A stretch of DNA of 56,931 nucleotides, the filler included, from Sphacelaria rigidula (Eukaryota): assembly GCA_964200075.2 (NCBI GenBank). It is 7 parts of 7 records of this genome, joined end to end, with 100 filler letters (N's around TTAATTAATTAA, not from the genome) between each part and the next. Parts side by side here need not be neighbours in the genome. Positions count along the whole stretch, not along the records: positions 32,591 to 40,637 come from CAXNAA020012510.1; positions 40,738 to 48,784 come from CAXNAA020012511.1; 5 more parts are not named here. One strand, given 5' to 3'. Below, piece after piece: positions 36,801 through 48,028 of the stretch. The notes beneath the pieces are model-generated. The model saw nothing but the letters and a program-made list of their open reading frames with translations, searched no databases and was not told where the DNA came from. Numbering within the stretch: the stretch's first letter is position 1; every line of letters starts with the position of its first letter. A program made the position numbers and the translations under genes.

Positions 36801-38641
36801 AAGTGCGATTCTGGCCGGGCATTCCAACTCGGGACCCGCCCAAAATTAGGACCTTTTCAAAATCAGGTGAAAGACTGACATGGGACATGTCCCGTTTTAC
36901 TCTACCGCAACACAAACACACTAACGCCCTCTGTCATGTGCTGAAGCTGTGACTGCGCTATGATAGTGTCGTTGTGTTCATCTCTGTAGAAAATATTGTT
37001 AGTCCGCACGCGGTGCTGTCTGCCAACTGTTGAAGACTCATGATGCGTTGACTGTTTCATCTCCCGTAAAACGAACAACGCGCTGCTCGCTGCTGCGGCA
37101 CTATGCTAAGCTGGTGCTGTGCCTTGGGGCAATTTACTGTACTGTACTGTATCGTGTTGGAACATATGAGCGGGACGTGATTGATCGTAAGATCAGACCG
37201 CCCGCACACTAGGTTTTAGACTACTCCCCGGGTAATTCCCAAGTAGAGTGGAGCGAGCTGATCGGTAGTTCACATGTAAAATCTTTCCTGCTACAAACTT
37301 AGTCTGCCTGATTTTCCCTGACGCGCGTTCATCTTTCCCTCATCCCGCCGCTCGAACGCCATTTTATCCGACCCCACCGTGTTGCCTGCTCAGGTTTAAG
37401 GCACTCCAAGTTAAGTCCAGCGGTGCAGTGGGTAAGATCTGCCCGTCCCGATGCAGACCAGTTAGATCCGTACTACGTAGCGTAGGTGGTGCCATCGACT
37501 ACGCTGCAGAGGCGCACAGGAAACCTCCTCAGGTCGTTACAGAGGGCGGGTACCAAGCAGTCGAAGTCTACCAAGTGGAGAAGGTGCGTGCCGAATGCAC
37601 CGACGCGGGAACGAGACGTTGGCGCTTGCGTACGATTGTCCCGACACCGCGGGGATTATTGGGGCGCATGAGCATCGAGCGCAAACGGATAGGCTCCACA
37701 AGTGCGACACAAGTCCCCCCCCCACGTCAACGACGGCCCGTCCCCGATGGCCAGGTATCCAGAGCTTGCTTCTGAAGAACAACCACATGTGGCATTACCT
37801 GGCCAGCGGTAGTTTCAAGCGGGCACCACTCGACTACACTACTGGACCCTTGATCATCACGCATGGGGCCAGAAGACCGTCCACCTACAGCTGTGGCAGG
37901 AGTACGAAGGTGCTTTTAAGCGGAGCGCGGGGGGAAGCTCCGAAGACGGCGGCCGGCGGCCGCGGTCTGTGACTATGGCATCCTGCGTGGGTGCCGCTAG
38001 TGAGGGTCCGGACGGGCCTGTCCTGAGATCCTTGCCCGCAGCAGGTACAAGCGGGCGAAGTGTGGCGGGAAAAGCTGGCGGAACGGCTGTCGTGGGTGAT
38101 GGGGCGGGAGGATCCGCCTAGCAGTCCGCGGTGGCGGTGGTACCAGGCGAACGAAGGGGCGGAAGAGCGGCGTCGGTGACAGCAAATGCGGCGGGATGCG
38201 GCAGTGTTGTTGGTTACGTACTGGGGAATGCGGCCCGCCAGTCGAATATAGCTGTGGTTCTGGGTGATCCACGGAAGGGGGATGGCGGCGAAAGTGGGAG
38301 TAGCGGCGACAGGCACGAGTGTTGCTGGTGGCGGACTGACAGTAGCTGCCCGTCGGTCAAATTCGGCAGCAGACTCAGGCGGGTAGGGGAGGGGAAGAAG
38401 CGGCGACACCGCCGGGGGTGGCAACTGCGGTGGACGGAGGTATCGTCGGCAAAGGTCTGGCAGGGGTGACCCCGCGGACATATCTTGTGGCGGTGACAGG
38501 CGGGCGACCAAGCGGGGTGGTGCCGGTGCCGACGACGACGCTGACTGGATTGGAGATTCAGATTCAGAATACAGCGGGTTAGGGAGAGAGGATTCGGCAA
38601 CGGAAGCGGGCAACGACAGCGATGATGATTTCGCGTTTTGA
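33900..38641 (+). pseudogene. Long decayed coding region of unknown origin
   Basis: GC-rich protein-like segments (35123-35330, 35788-36270, 36663-36800, 37394-37580, 38045-38641 ending DSDSEYSG...NDSDDDFAF*) interrupted by frameshifts and stops, with plausible splice sites. Confidence 0.4.
35478..35555 (+). other. tRNA-like Pol III internal promoter (SINE head or tRNA pseudogene)
   Basis: gccgcgccccggTGGTGTAATGG...GTTCGATTCCc followed by a T7 run; anticodon arm largely missing. Confidence 0.55.
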
Positions 38642-39467
38642 CTGAGCCTGCTGGAAAAATTCTAGACGTTCTTTCTGTGGATAGGTATCTGTACTATTCA
38701 ACGTTGTCTTCTGCAGGAGGTGGTCATCAACAGTACCTCGTGTGCAGTGATGCTGTTTTCTGCATGGTGATGTGCACCCTTGGGCGCACAAGTGTATGGG
38801 GTTCGTTTGCCGACGCCGCCGACGCCTTTGGGCGACTCGCCGGTTGTACGTGAGAGTATTTGTTATTCAAGACGTGATGAGTGCTTCGACACGAAAGTTC
38901 CAAATTTAAACCAAACGATGGGGTCCAACTTGGCCTTTTTCAATACTGTGTTTCACTTCAAACGCGCAGTAATCGACTTTGTTGGTGGATGGTATCGATT
39001 TTGTTCCGACAGCGAGTGAATTGCCGGGAATCGTTGGTATGACTATTGAGCTGAACATCGGGAAAAAACGTCGCAAGGCCTTTTTTACCTCTCCCTTCAA
39101 CATGCTCCATACATAATCATCTGCACCCACCGGATGGTCGATGTGACCACCTGACTTTCGAATCACACATCGATGCCATCTCCGCCTTATATCACCCTTT
39201 TGGTGCCAAGAGGTTACGGTCTCCCTGACGACAGAAGGCGTCGACCGCATGTGTGTGCGCGTGCACCATACCTTGCGCGACACACTCCTAAGCACGCTGC
39301 ACGCCATACCCACCGACAACAGCATGCACATATTTGTGACGTCATTCCAATCGGCGAGCACCGTTGATTTTCGTATGTATGACTACGGGTGAAGATATTC
39401 CCATGCACGAAAGCCACCCGAACGCATCGCAATTACCACCTTAAGCTCACTATTATCGACTGGTAAG

Positions 39468-40521
39468 GTATCTGATGACTCTCGAACGCTTGCAAGCGCC
39501 ACGGCGTACACACAGGGCAGCTCTCCGAAGTGCTGCGTTACAGTCGGGAATTTTCTGACTTCTACAAAAGTGAATCTTCAGAGCAAAAAGAAACCACTTC
39601 GCTTTCGGAGAAGTCTGAACGCCGAGTCCGAAAAATCCAAACATTTCTGAGATATCAAGGGACTGTCGAGAGAAAATTTCGGACACGGAGCTCCCCTCCC
39701 TCCCCCCCTTCCCCCCCTTCCCGGAGGGCAATTTTTCGAACATTATCATGATTTTTTACTTTTTTTTGTGTTTGTGTCTATGATTTTTTCAAATAAGGTG
39801 TTGCAACTATTGAAAGAAATTGGTCAAGAAACACCAGCAAAAACCGAAAAATCTGGCAAGCTTAGCGAGTTTCGTATATTTGCTTCTGCTCCCAGCCCGC
39901 CCTGTCCCAATGACCTCGGATGCCGGTAACGCTCACACACATTTATGTACAATACACGAGCGTGCGGTAGCGACGGCCTGTGGCCGAAATGGCAACATTG
40001 TTATCTCACGCCTCACGAAATATGCCCGGACTACTAGTAGTGGTAGGTAGTCGAGGCACACAACACATAATATGATCCCATAAATGTATCATGGTAGGTG
40101 ATGAGCTTGGAGGGGTGGTGTGTCTGTCATCTCGGCAGTCCCCATGCCAAGGATCTCTGTACACGGCAGCTGACCGCATCCGCCAGCGCCTCGGCAATAA
40201 ACTAGGGGACAGCAGCCTGGGTGTCCCCCCACCCCTCAGAAACTTGAATTTTCGATCTTGGGGCCTACGTGTCCCGAAATATATTTTTGACATAGCCTTG
40301 GAGATATCCAAAAATGGTATCGACACTGTTTTTCAGGAGGTCTGAAAAACCTCCGGACTTTTCGGACTCTGCGTTCAGACGTGTCTGAGAAGGAATGGAC
40401 TTGCTTGTTGCTCTGAACTTTAATTTTGGACAAGTCCGAAAGATTCGGACAGTAACGCAGCACTCCGGTGACCTGATCTGTACGCCGTGGCAATCGCAAG
40501 CGTCCAAGAATCATCGGGTAT
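39468..40521. repeat. Pair of about 230-260-bp inverted repeats
   Basis: 39468-39697 aligns to the reverse complement of 40258-40521 (gccacggcgtaca, agtgctgcgttac, gtctgaacgc.gagtccgaaaa). Confidence 0.7.
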
Positions 40522-40561
40522 GTCGAGAGTGCCCCAAAAAAGACCTCCGAGCCCCTATGTA

Positions 40562-40592
<31 letters not shown>

Positions 40593-40637
40593 AGGGCATG
40601 TTTGTATCCTAAATTCAGAAACTGTTTGAAAGTGTAA

Positions 40638-40737
40638 NNNNNNNNNNNNNNNNNNNNNNNNNNNNNNNNNNNNNNNNNNNNTTAATTAATTAANNNNNNN
40701 NNNNNNNNNNNNNNNNNNNNNNNNNNNNNNNNNNNNN
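40638..40737. other. Artificial scaffold spacer
   Basis: N44-ttaattaattaa-N44. Confidence 0.98.
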
Positions 40738-41079
40738 TAGATATAGAGTGCACAGTGCTGCGGGGCAGGCGAGAAACATCGAAGGCGTCATAATGTCGAA
40801 CTGTCACACGAAACGGTAAGTTGTCGTGTCTTTCATGCTACAGTTTGGGTGAGTGTTGGTGGTGTCGTGTTTTGTCTTTCGGAACCCTTAAAGTATTGAT
40901 GAGCAGTGGTAACTGCGCAGGTGGAAAATTACAGCTTCACTAGGAGCAGGTGACACCGCACCTGAACAGTGTCTCCCCCGATGGCGGAAAATATTAGTGA
41001 ACAGTAACAGTAGTTTATACCGGCAACCGCAACTGCGCAAAGAATCCGATAACATGAGCAGTTGTCGTTGCAGCGGAAT

Positions 41080-41393
41080 CGCCACTTGCAGACACAGCCA
41101 CGTCTTCTACACTGCCTCCTGGGCGTCTCATGATGTAAACACTACGTAGTACGATCATCCCCATTGTGCGGAGTTGAGGTTCTCCCACGCCGCACAACAC
41201 GATCTAGCTCGACTACCATCATTGTTACCGGGAAAAAAAACGCAAGTGCGCCAGAAAAGCCCTGATAACCTGGTTGCCTAGCTTACGCAGTGAGTGGCGT
41301 GTTTCACAGCGTCATCGCCAACCGACGCCAACGCCATCGGGGGTCCACCCCTACAAAGCCGGGACGGAGCAAGCCGGGTTCTCGCCGGACCAG
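41080..41393. repeat. Dispersed repeat, modules B then A
   Basis: 41080-41303 resembles 45758-45984; 41349-41393 resembles 45558-45602. Confidence 0.75.
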
Positions 41394-41432
41394 AAGGGGA
41401 GGGGGGCGAAGGAGTAGGTCAAGACAAGGCTG

Positions 41433-41881
41433 CACACTCTGGACAATGGACACAATAATAGGCCATTGCTTCAGTGATGGACGCGGGGGAAATCCTATCG
41501 ATATACATTGTCGAACACAATAGATGATGAAATACATGTATTGATATGTATTGCAAAGGAAAATAGATGTTGCACGAGTCGATCAATAGTGCATGGCAAT
41601 TGCAATAGACTGTGATCACTGACCATTGATGAACATTGTGTACCACATTAGATTCTGGGATGTATTCATCGATAGCCTTTGCCGTCATCAATAAATTTGG
41701 GGAGCAATCTATCGATAGCGTCTGCCATCATCAAAAGATTCGGTGAGTCGTCTATCGGTAGCCTCTACCGTCATCAATATATTTGGTGAGCAATCTATCG
41801 ATAGCGTCTACCGCCAACAATGGTTTTTGGGGGTATTCATCAATGTAGCCACTGTCGTTGACAATTGATTGTTCCAGGGAG
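41433..41881. mobile_element. CACCCTGGACAA-like TIR element containing a 43-bp minisatellite
   Basis: Ends cacactctggacaa / ttgttccagggag; atcgatagc-like motif at 41668, 41711, 41754, 41797 (43-bp period). Confidence 0.6.
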
Positions 41882-42199
41882 CCACCTATTTATAGAATGA
41901 GCACATCTCACCAACGCACAAGATTACTACAAGCGCTCATGTCCATCAGAGGAACAACCCTAAGTACCAACGCCACAACAACAACAAAGCTTGTAAACTT
42001 TTGTTCACACATCTTGCGGATTTCTACAATATACAATCGTTCCAAGATTGTAGAATCGTCACGTCATATATTCAGTGCGTGTTCACCTGCGTCTTCTCCA
42101 CCGCACTTCAACAGAGTACAACACAACATGTTATCTACATAGCATGTTGCAGTTCAAGTGTGGCATTAGACGACAGAGAATATTCATGGATAAGCATTG

Positions 42200-42560
42200 T
42201 ACACCCCAGCAGATTCTGGTATATGTCCATCCATATTTATTGCCGCCGTCAACAGATTTCGTACGCAATGTGTCAATGGCGATCGCCGTCATCAGTATAT
42301 TTGGTACACAATCAATCAATAGTCATCGCCATCAAAAGATTTGGCACACGGTCTATCGATAGCCATTGCCGTCACACATACATCTGGAAAGCTCTCGACC
42401 GATCGATACGTTCGGTCGGCGGCAATAGTTTCAGGTGTAGGGCCACAACAGACTGCAGCCCGGACAAAAGTGTGGGAAAGGAATCTATCGATGGACATTG
42501 CCGACGACAAAAAAAAAAAATGTCGATCGACAGCCACTACGGACGACAACGTTGGCATCT
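42200..42560. repeat. Second degenerate array of the 43-bp minisatellite
   Basis: Recurring tctatcgatagcc, tgccgtca and atatttgg motifs. Confidence 0.6.
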
Positions 42561-42611
42561 ACCGCGGCAGATTATATCTTTACTGCGATATGTGCCGTCT
42601 GATGTCCAGGT

Positions 42612-42811
42612 CCTTGAGGCCGTGTCTTGCCACATTAGTTTTCGATCGAGATCGTGCGGTGGGAAGCAAAAATTCCGATCTGATAGGCCGAGATTTCAAC
42701 CACCCTTAAAAATTTCGACGATGGTTGAAATTACGACCCATCAGATCGGGATTTTTGTTTTCCACCGCACTTTTTCATTCGAAACCTGATGTGCTAAGGC
42801 ACGCCCTGAGG
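42612..42811. repeat. About 200-bp imperfect palindrome
   Basis: gtgcggtgggaagcaaaaattccgatctgat...ttcaacca / tggttgaa...atcagatcgggatttttgttttccaccgcac. Confidence 0.75.
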
Positions 42812-43364
42812 CAACAAAAATGTGGCGTTGGGCCGAAAATAGTGCCGTACAACGCATATCCGTGTACTCACCGGTGCACCGGATTTGCCGGGCACGAGAA
42901 TTTTTACCGATCCCCGGGGTATCGACTGCGCCGTTCACTGGAATATGACGGCGGCACAACGACAACACTCTCAGGGAAACTATTCCTGCGTCCGCCGGGG
43001 GGGGGATGCATTTTTCACTGTTCTACCGCATAGTACAGGTTCCTTTTTGCTCTTTCGCATTTGGAAGAGGTTTAACGAGGAGAAATATCGAAAAAGACAA
43101 GAGAAAAGCGAAAGTGACGAGTCCAGATATGGAACCCTTGCTCGGCCTCACTGATATTTTTTTGTTTCTCGTATCGGTGGATCTTATACACTGGAAGCCC
43201 CCGGGGCGCATGGCCGCCAACCATGACATACAATATACGCGCGCGCTTTTCCGCGCCCATTCTTCCACCATGATGAATCGGAACGGGAAAACCAGGCCTA
43301 GTAGTGCGTGTGTGGGTGCGTGCATGCGACGCTTGACACGTGAAAATAAGTCATGATCCGATGG

Positions 43365-43511
43365 GGGCGGCGGGGGGCTACTGTACTCATTTGTTCCTTG
43401 CCTGAGTCGTTTGACCACTGACGACGTATCCCTTTCGAGATCGAGAACTCTTCCTTCTTATAGAGACACCTTCAACAATTGGGCGCCCATCGCGTTTCTT
43501 TAATGCATACT
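43365..43511 (-). mobile_element. Poly(C)-tailed LINE insertion (copy 5) with 12-bp TSD
   Basis: atgatccgatgg at 43353-43364 and 43512-43523. Confidence 0.85.
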
Positions 43512-45062
43512 ATGATCCGATGGAAGAGTTGGCACCATTCCTGGTCTCAAGAGCTTCATCAACTGCTATGGGACCGGACTCCCACCAAACAGGGGTGAAC
43601 AGAACCCCTGGTTTGCACACAGGGGCCATTTGTGAATCGGGATAAATATCACTTGAAACCTTACTTGGACCGCGAGAGTAGTCCACCTGGATCATGCATA
43701 TATTTTTTTTGTTCGAGTGAAATGAATGCCGATTCAACAGATGACCTACTCTCGCCGTCGAAGGGCTAACCCGTTTAAAACTCGCGAAAAACAGTACAGA
43801 TTCCCATATGCGAGCTTTCGTCACCGGAAAAAAGTCACTTGGAGTTCGGTGCACGAATCTGTCACATTAGTATAATTGAACTTAGAGTGCTGTACCGTTT
43901 TGGTGGGAGCTATATCATCAACACTTACTGTACTTGTAGAAAAACAACCATGATATCTTGCCCACTAGAACGTCAATCGTAAATCGTCATTTTTCATCGA
44001 TGGTTCCGAAAAGGGTTAAGAACGACTTCAAATTATGCCGATTCACAAATCCCTCGCCCCCGGGTTGGTCCACGACGATCTCGAAAGGCTTAACGAGTTT
44101 TTTTTTTTGTTCCCCCGATTGTTTTCAGGAAAATGGGTTTTTCTTCCACGTCTTTTTCCGGAAAAACAATTACTGACAAAAATGCTGGCGGCACTTTTTC
44201 CCAGGAAATCTATCTGTGTAACCAGTCTTCGCGTGGGCAAAAGCAAATATCTCCCATTTTTCAGAGAAGGAAGGATCTTGTTTACAAAAACTCGGAGATT
44301 TAATAGGGGAAAAATAAAAACAGACCCGTTCAAGACCCCTGACACACACAAGCTCACACACGCACGTACATACGAGGCTTGTTCTCATCACCCAATCCGA
44401 CCGCCGAGGTGTGCCGTGAGTCTGGATGTATCACAGGACCACTACGTAGATATGTGCGTGTTTGCGTAGCGTTTGACACGCAACAAAAACGAACGCGGCG
44501 GTGCATTCCATTCGTCTGTTTTGCAGAACAACAACTGGTTTTCATCACGCGGTCTCCCCCCACTACAGTAACCACGAGTGCGCGATGATCCATTCTGGAG
44601 AAAGAATCATGTCGGAAATGTCATCTAGGGTTTTCATCGTTGATTCCCGAAGGAGTTCCAAGTACAGTCAAATTTTTCTCGCACTTGTCGTTGAAACTGT
44701 CGATCACTTGATGTCAGAGTGAAGACCGGTATTCGGATCTTCAAAGGGGTCCACAGTTCCGAGTGCAATACTCCTAGCTTGCGCAGAAACCCTTTTTTGT
44801 CGGAACGCGCTGATTCAAGGCTCACCAACGCACAGTTTTCCGATATTACCTTTTATACCCCCCCCCCCTCGCTCGAGGGTTCTCGGATGCCTTGAGTTGT
44901 GGAGTTAAAATTTGGGGTTAGTGCTAGAGCTGGTTCAAAATCATATATTTCCGAGAAGGTCATGCCGACCATTTTGACGATGACTGCATAAGCAAGGCCC
45001 TTCAAATTTGTGGTTTTTGCACTGGTACACTGCCGTGCTTTTTCTCCTACTTTTACCCTTGC

Positions 45063-45226
45063 CTGGCTCTGAGAATGGACTTGGCGTGAAACTGTCGGGA
45101 CCGTTCCGAGGAATCTTCCAGGAACTCGACCTTGCTCGCCGCTCCTGACCGCTCCACCGCCTCCTTCATCTTGTGCGCAGTTTCTTTGCGCACCACGATC
45201 ACGATTCGCTCCACACCCCCCCTCAC
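45063..45226 (-). CDS. Nucleotidyltransferase-fold (GT-A) protein, exon b
   Basis: cgtag|VRGGVERIVIVVRKETAHKMKEAVERSGAASKVEFLEDSSERSRQFHAKSILRA(R), matching the NTP-transferase pattern G(I/V).EIVIVV...(TA/HA).S(I/L)L.AR. Confidence 0.7.
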
Positions 45227-45398
45227 CTACGAAATGTTGACGGAAATTTTCAAGCAGATCAATATAATAGAGAAGAGCGATTTTCGGGAGGGTGGAGATG
45301 AGGTTCTTACTGGAGTGTAATCCACCACCTTTGTGGGCGCTGAATGCTGGATGGAGGCCACCACCGGTGGAACCTACAACGCTGCCACAACAGCAGCG

Positions 45399-45442
<44 letters not shown>

Positions 45443-45557
45443 CTGCAAAGGTATCGAACATGGAAAGGATGGAAAGAGCCGCCCGCTTCACTCCTGGCTG
45501 GAGATAGGTGGGGTGTACATCTTGCATGTCGTACTCATGAGATCGTTGACCTCGCAT

Positions 45558-45984
45558 CCCTACGATGCCGGGACGGAGCACGCCGGCTTTTCGTCGGACC
45601 AGGCTCGCAACCGATCACCAAGCGCGCGGCGCCGTGGTATGCTCGGCGAGTCCCATGAAGGATGAGCCGCATCCTCGAAAGATTGTTCGGCCCGAAGCGT
45701 GCTGATTATCTTGCATTTGGATAATAACTTCCAATGAAGCGCTTCACTTTCTGGTGTCGCCACTTCCAGAGACAGCCACGCCTTACACACTGCCTCATGG
45801 GTGTCTCCCCATTTGAACACTACGTAGTATGATCATTCCCCTTGCGCGAAGTTGAGGTTCTCCCACCACGCACGATATGATCTAGCTCGTCCACCATCAT
45901 CGCTACCGCGAAAAAATAAGAAAAGGTAAGCACTGAAAAGAAACGGTCACCTGGTTGCCGAGCTTACGCAATGAGAGGCGTGTT
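45558..45984. repeat. Dispersed repeat, modules A then B (intronic)
   Basis: Homologous to 41080-41393 with module order swapped. Confidence 0.7.
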
Positions 45985-46720
45985 GTACCGCGTGGGGAGG
46001 AGGACGGGAGGGGGGGGGATGAAAACACGGAAATTGATGCCTCTCTGATACTATCGGCGCTTGCCTTTCCCCTTAGGTTTGAATCTATAGCGATACTCTC
46101 CAGCGATGATTCCTCTTCATGTCCAGCTTTGCTTCGGCATCCCCTACCTGCCTTTATTTTTACAATTCCTGCTTTTACTACGCTCGTCCTCTCTCCTCTT
46201 TTATGTCATTTCATGTCCTTTCTTCATCTCTATCTGAGTCTGAGTCGTACATATGGCTCGTGTCTCGGTCTCCTGAGAGATGACGGGTGATTCGTTTTCG
46301 CGCAAATAACTATATATCTGAGTTGAAACCGGCTTCAACGGTGTCACTCAGGGAATGGCCTCCTTACGCAAAGTACTTGCAGGGGGCCACCACTTCTTTC
46401 TTCTTGGTGACTGGATTCCGGCTCTTATGGCTGGGTGTAACTTCACGAAATAATGAGTACGGTTTTGACTGTTCGGCCTATCTTCTGCGGAACCGGTGGT
46501 ACGGTCACTATTTCACAAGGAGGGGTAAGCATATATGGGTACATACGTGGATTAAAGAAAATGGTGGAAATACATTTTTTTTTAGCAGAGGGTAGCGTGT
46601 ACCCTCTTTGTTTCATGACAAAGAAAGGGTAACCTAACAGGCTCTCGAAGTTAAGCCCAACACCACGTGTGAAGAAAAAACAGATGGTCGAGGATACTGC
46701 CTAGACACCTTGAGCGGGGA

Positions 46721-47290
46721 GGGGGGGGGGGGTACTCATTTGCTGTTTGCCTTAGTCGCTTGACCGTTGATCACGCATCTCTTTCGAAACGAGGCACGGC
46801 TCCTACTCCTAGTAGAGACACCTCAAACATTTAGGTGTTCATCACGTTTCTTCTGTAGACTCTCAAAAACTCTTTTGACAGATCTCATCCCCGTCCCGTT
46901 TCACCGTCTGTGGCCATCATCTATCTCCTCGTATAGCCATCGTTTTTCTCCCTACTGTCTAATGCATCAAACGATTCCATGCCACCTTCGTTCACGTCCC
47001 GCATCTCCTCCTCTGGCACGTCCCGTTCCTCCTTGTATAGTTCACATTATGCCACTTTATGATTTCCCCTCTCTATTGCTTTGCCACCGGAGCAATTCTG
47101 TGCATCTACTTTCTCCTCTTCTCGACTACTGGTATACTCCCTTCTTTTTTCTGGCAGGTCCAGGTTCCTCACCCGAAGTCGTAGTTTTGATCATTTCGCC
47201 GCGTCCATTGGGCCATGCAGACATGTTTTCATCCATATCCTCTCTCTCAACCCCCCGCATACCTTCAGGTGTTCTTCCTCGTCTACTCTG
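46721..47290 (-). mobile_element. Decayed non-LTR retrotransposon ORF2 C-terminus with poly(C) tail (copy 6, longest)
   Basis: Minus strand reads EEEHLKVCGGLRE./MKTCLHGPMDAAK.KLRLRVRNLDLPEKRREYTSSREEEKVDAQNCSGGKAIERGNHKVA*CELYKEERD (decayed CCHC knuckle of LINE ORF2) and runs directly into the 125-bp repeat and C-run; degenerate TSD cttgagcggggag (46709) / cttgggcgtgggg (47291). Confidence 0.82.
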
Positions 47291-47863
47291 CTTGGGCGTG
47301 GGGCTGAGGCGCTGGAACGTGTTTTCGAGGTGTTCAGCTTGCGTGCAACACCGCGCCCCAAACCGAAAAATGCATTACCCTTCCACCTCCCACCCCCCCA
47401 AAATAAAAATAAACATGAGGGTGTACCCTATTTCAGCATATTGTCCAAGAGCTTTTTGCTAGCACTCAAAAATCAAGAAAAGGCGAAATGCTACTCTGTG
47501 AGAGCCCATCAGTAAAATGACACCCGTCGGGAGGGAAGCGATCTCACGCTCATGATAGCAAACAATCCTCATTCCGAGGGCACACAGAGAATAATGACAC
47601 ACGACACATCAAGGTACCGCCAGGTGCCGACAAAACCGGGGCGGGTTGACATGATGCGGAACAACAACAGCAGCAGCAACAACAACGATTAGTACAGCAT
47701 TTGAGCACAATAATGGCAAAAAATGACATTGAAAAATGCGATTGCAAGCGACAAGGAGAGAGATAGAGAGCAAGAGAGTTGGCCATCACGCCATACTCTT
47801 CTCCTCCCTTGCGGCAACCTTACAACTCCACTGCACTCCACTCCAGCAAAGCAAGCAGCTCAC

Positions 47864-48028
47864 CAAGTTCAACAGCACAAGCTCGAGGACGGTTTTTCCA
47901 CCGGCTCCCGCCAACACCCACAGCATGCGAGGCAGTTCGTCTTCCCCATCCACCTCTGCAGCCGTCGGCCGGCTGATAGTCGTCACCAACGCTTGCTTCA
48001 CTCTAGGCGGCGGATACAAAGTCGACTC
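47864..48028 (-). CDS. Nucleotidyltransferase-fold protein, exon a
   Basis: cacag|ESTLYPPPRVKQALVTTISRPTAAEVDGEDELPRMLWVLAGAGGKTVLELVLLNL|gtgagc; phase 0 joins the exon at 45226. Confidence 0.7.

Noticed and set aside
38906-39361. VWSMLKGEVKK resembling the end of an IS630/Tc1 DDE domain
   Set aside because: The preceding SPDLNPIE motif and catalytic aspartates are absent.
39471-39500. CTGATGA hammerhead core candidates (also near 2921, 22583, 31028)
   Set aside because: No stem II followed by GAAA in the required geometry.
41661-41850. CRISPR-like regularly spaced repeats
   Set aside because: The whole 43-bp unit repeats with no unique spacers, there are no cas genes, and the context is eukaryotic. 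It is a minisatellite.
45132-45320. Plus-strand PPLTYEMLTEI resembling a tyrosine recombinase segment
   Set aside because: The opposite strand has a better-supported spliced exon, and no catalytic R/H/R/Y motifs are visible.
45760-45905. Minus-strand VDELDHIV...FKWG resembling the Cdc6/Orc1 Walker B region
   Set aside because: Needs frameshifts, is not preserved in the second copy, and has no Walker A; part of a dispersed repeat.
46836-46852. GTGATGA C-box suggesting the 125-bp repeat is a snoRNA or SINE with a fixed 5' end
   Set aside because: The sequence continues upstream into LINE coding sequence, there is no D box, and the motif is not conserved in other copies.
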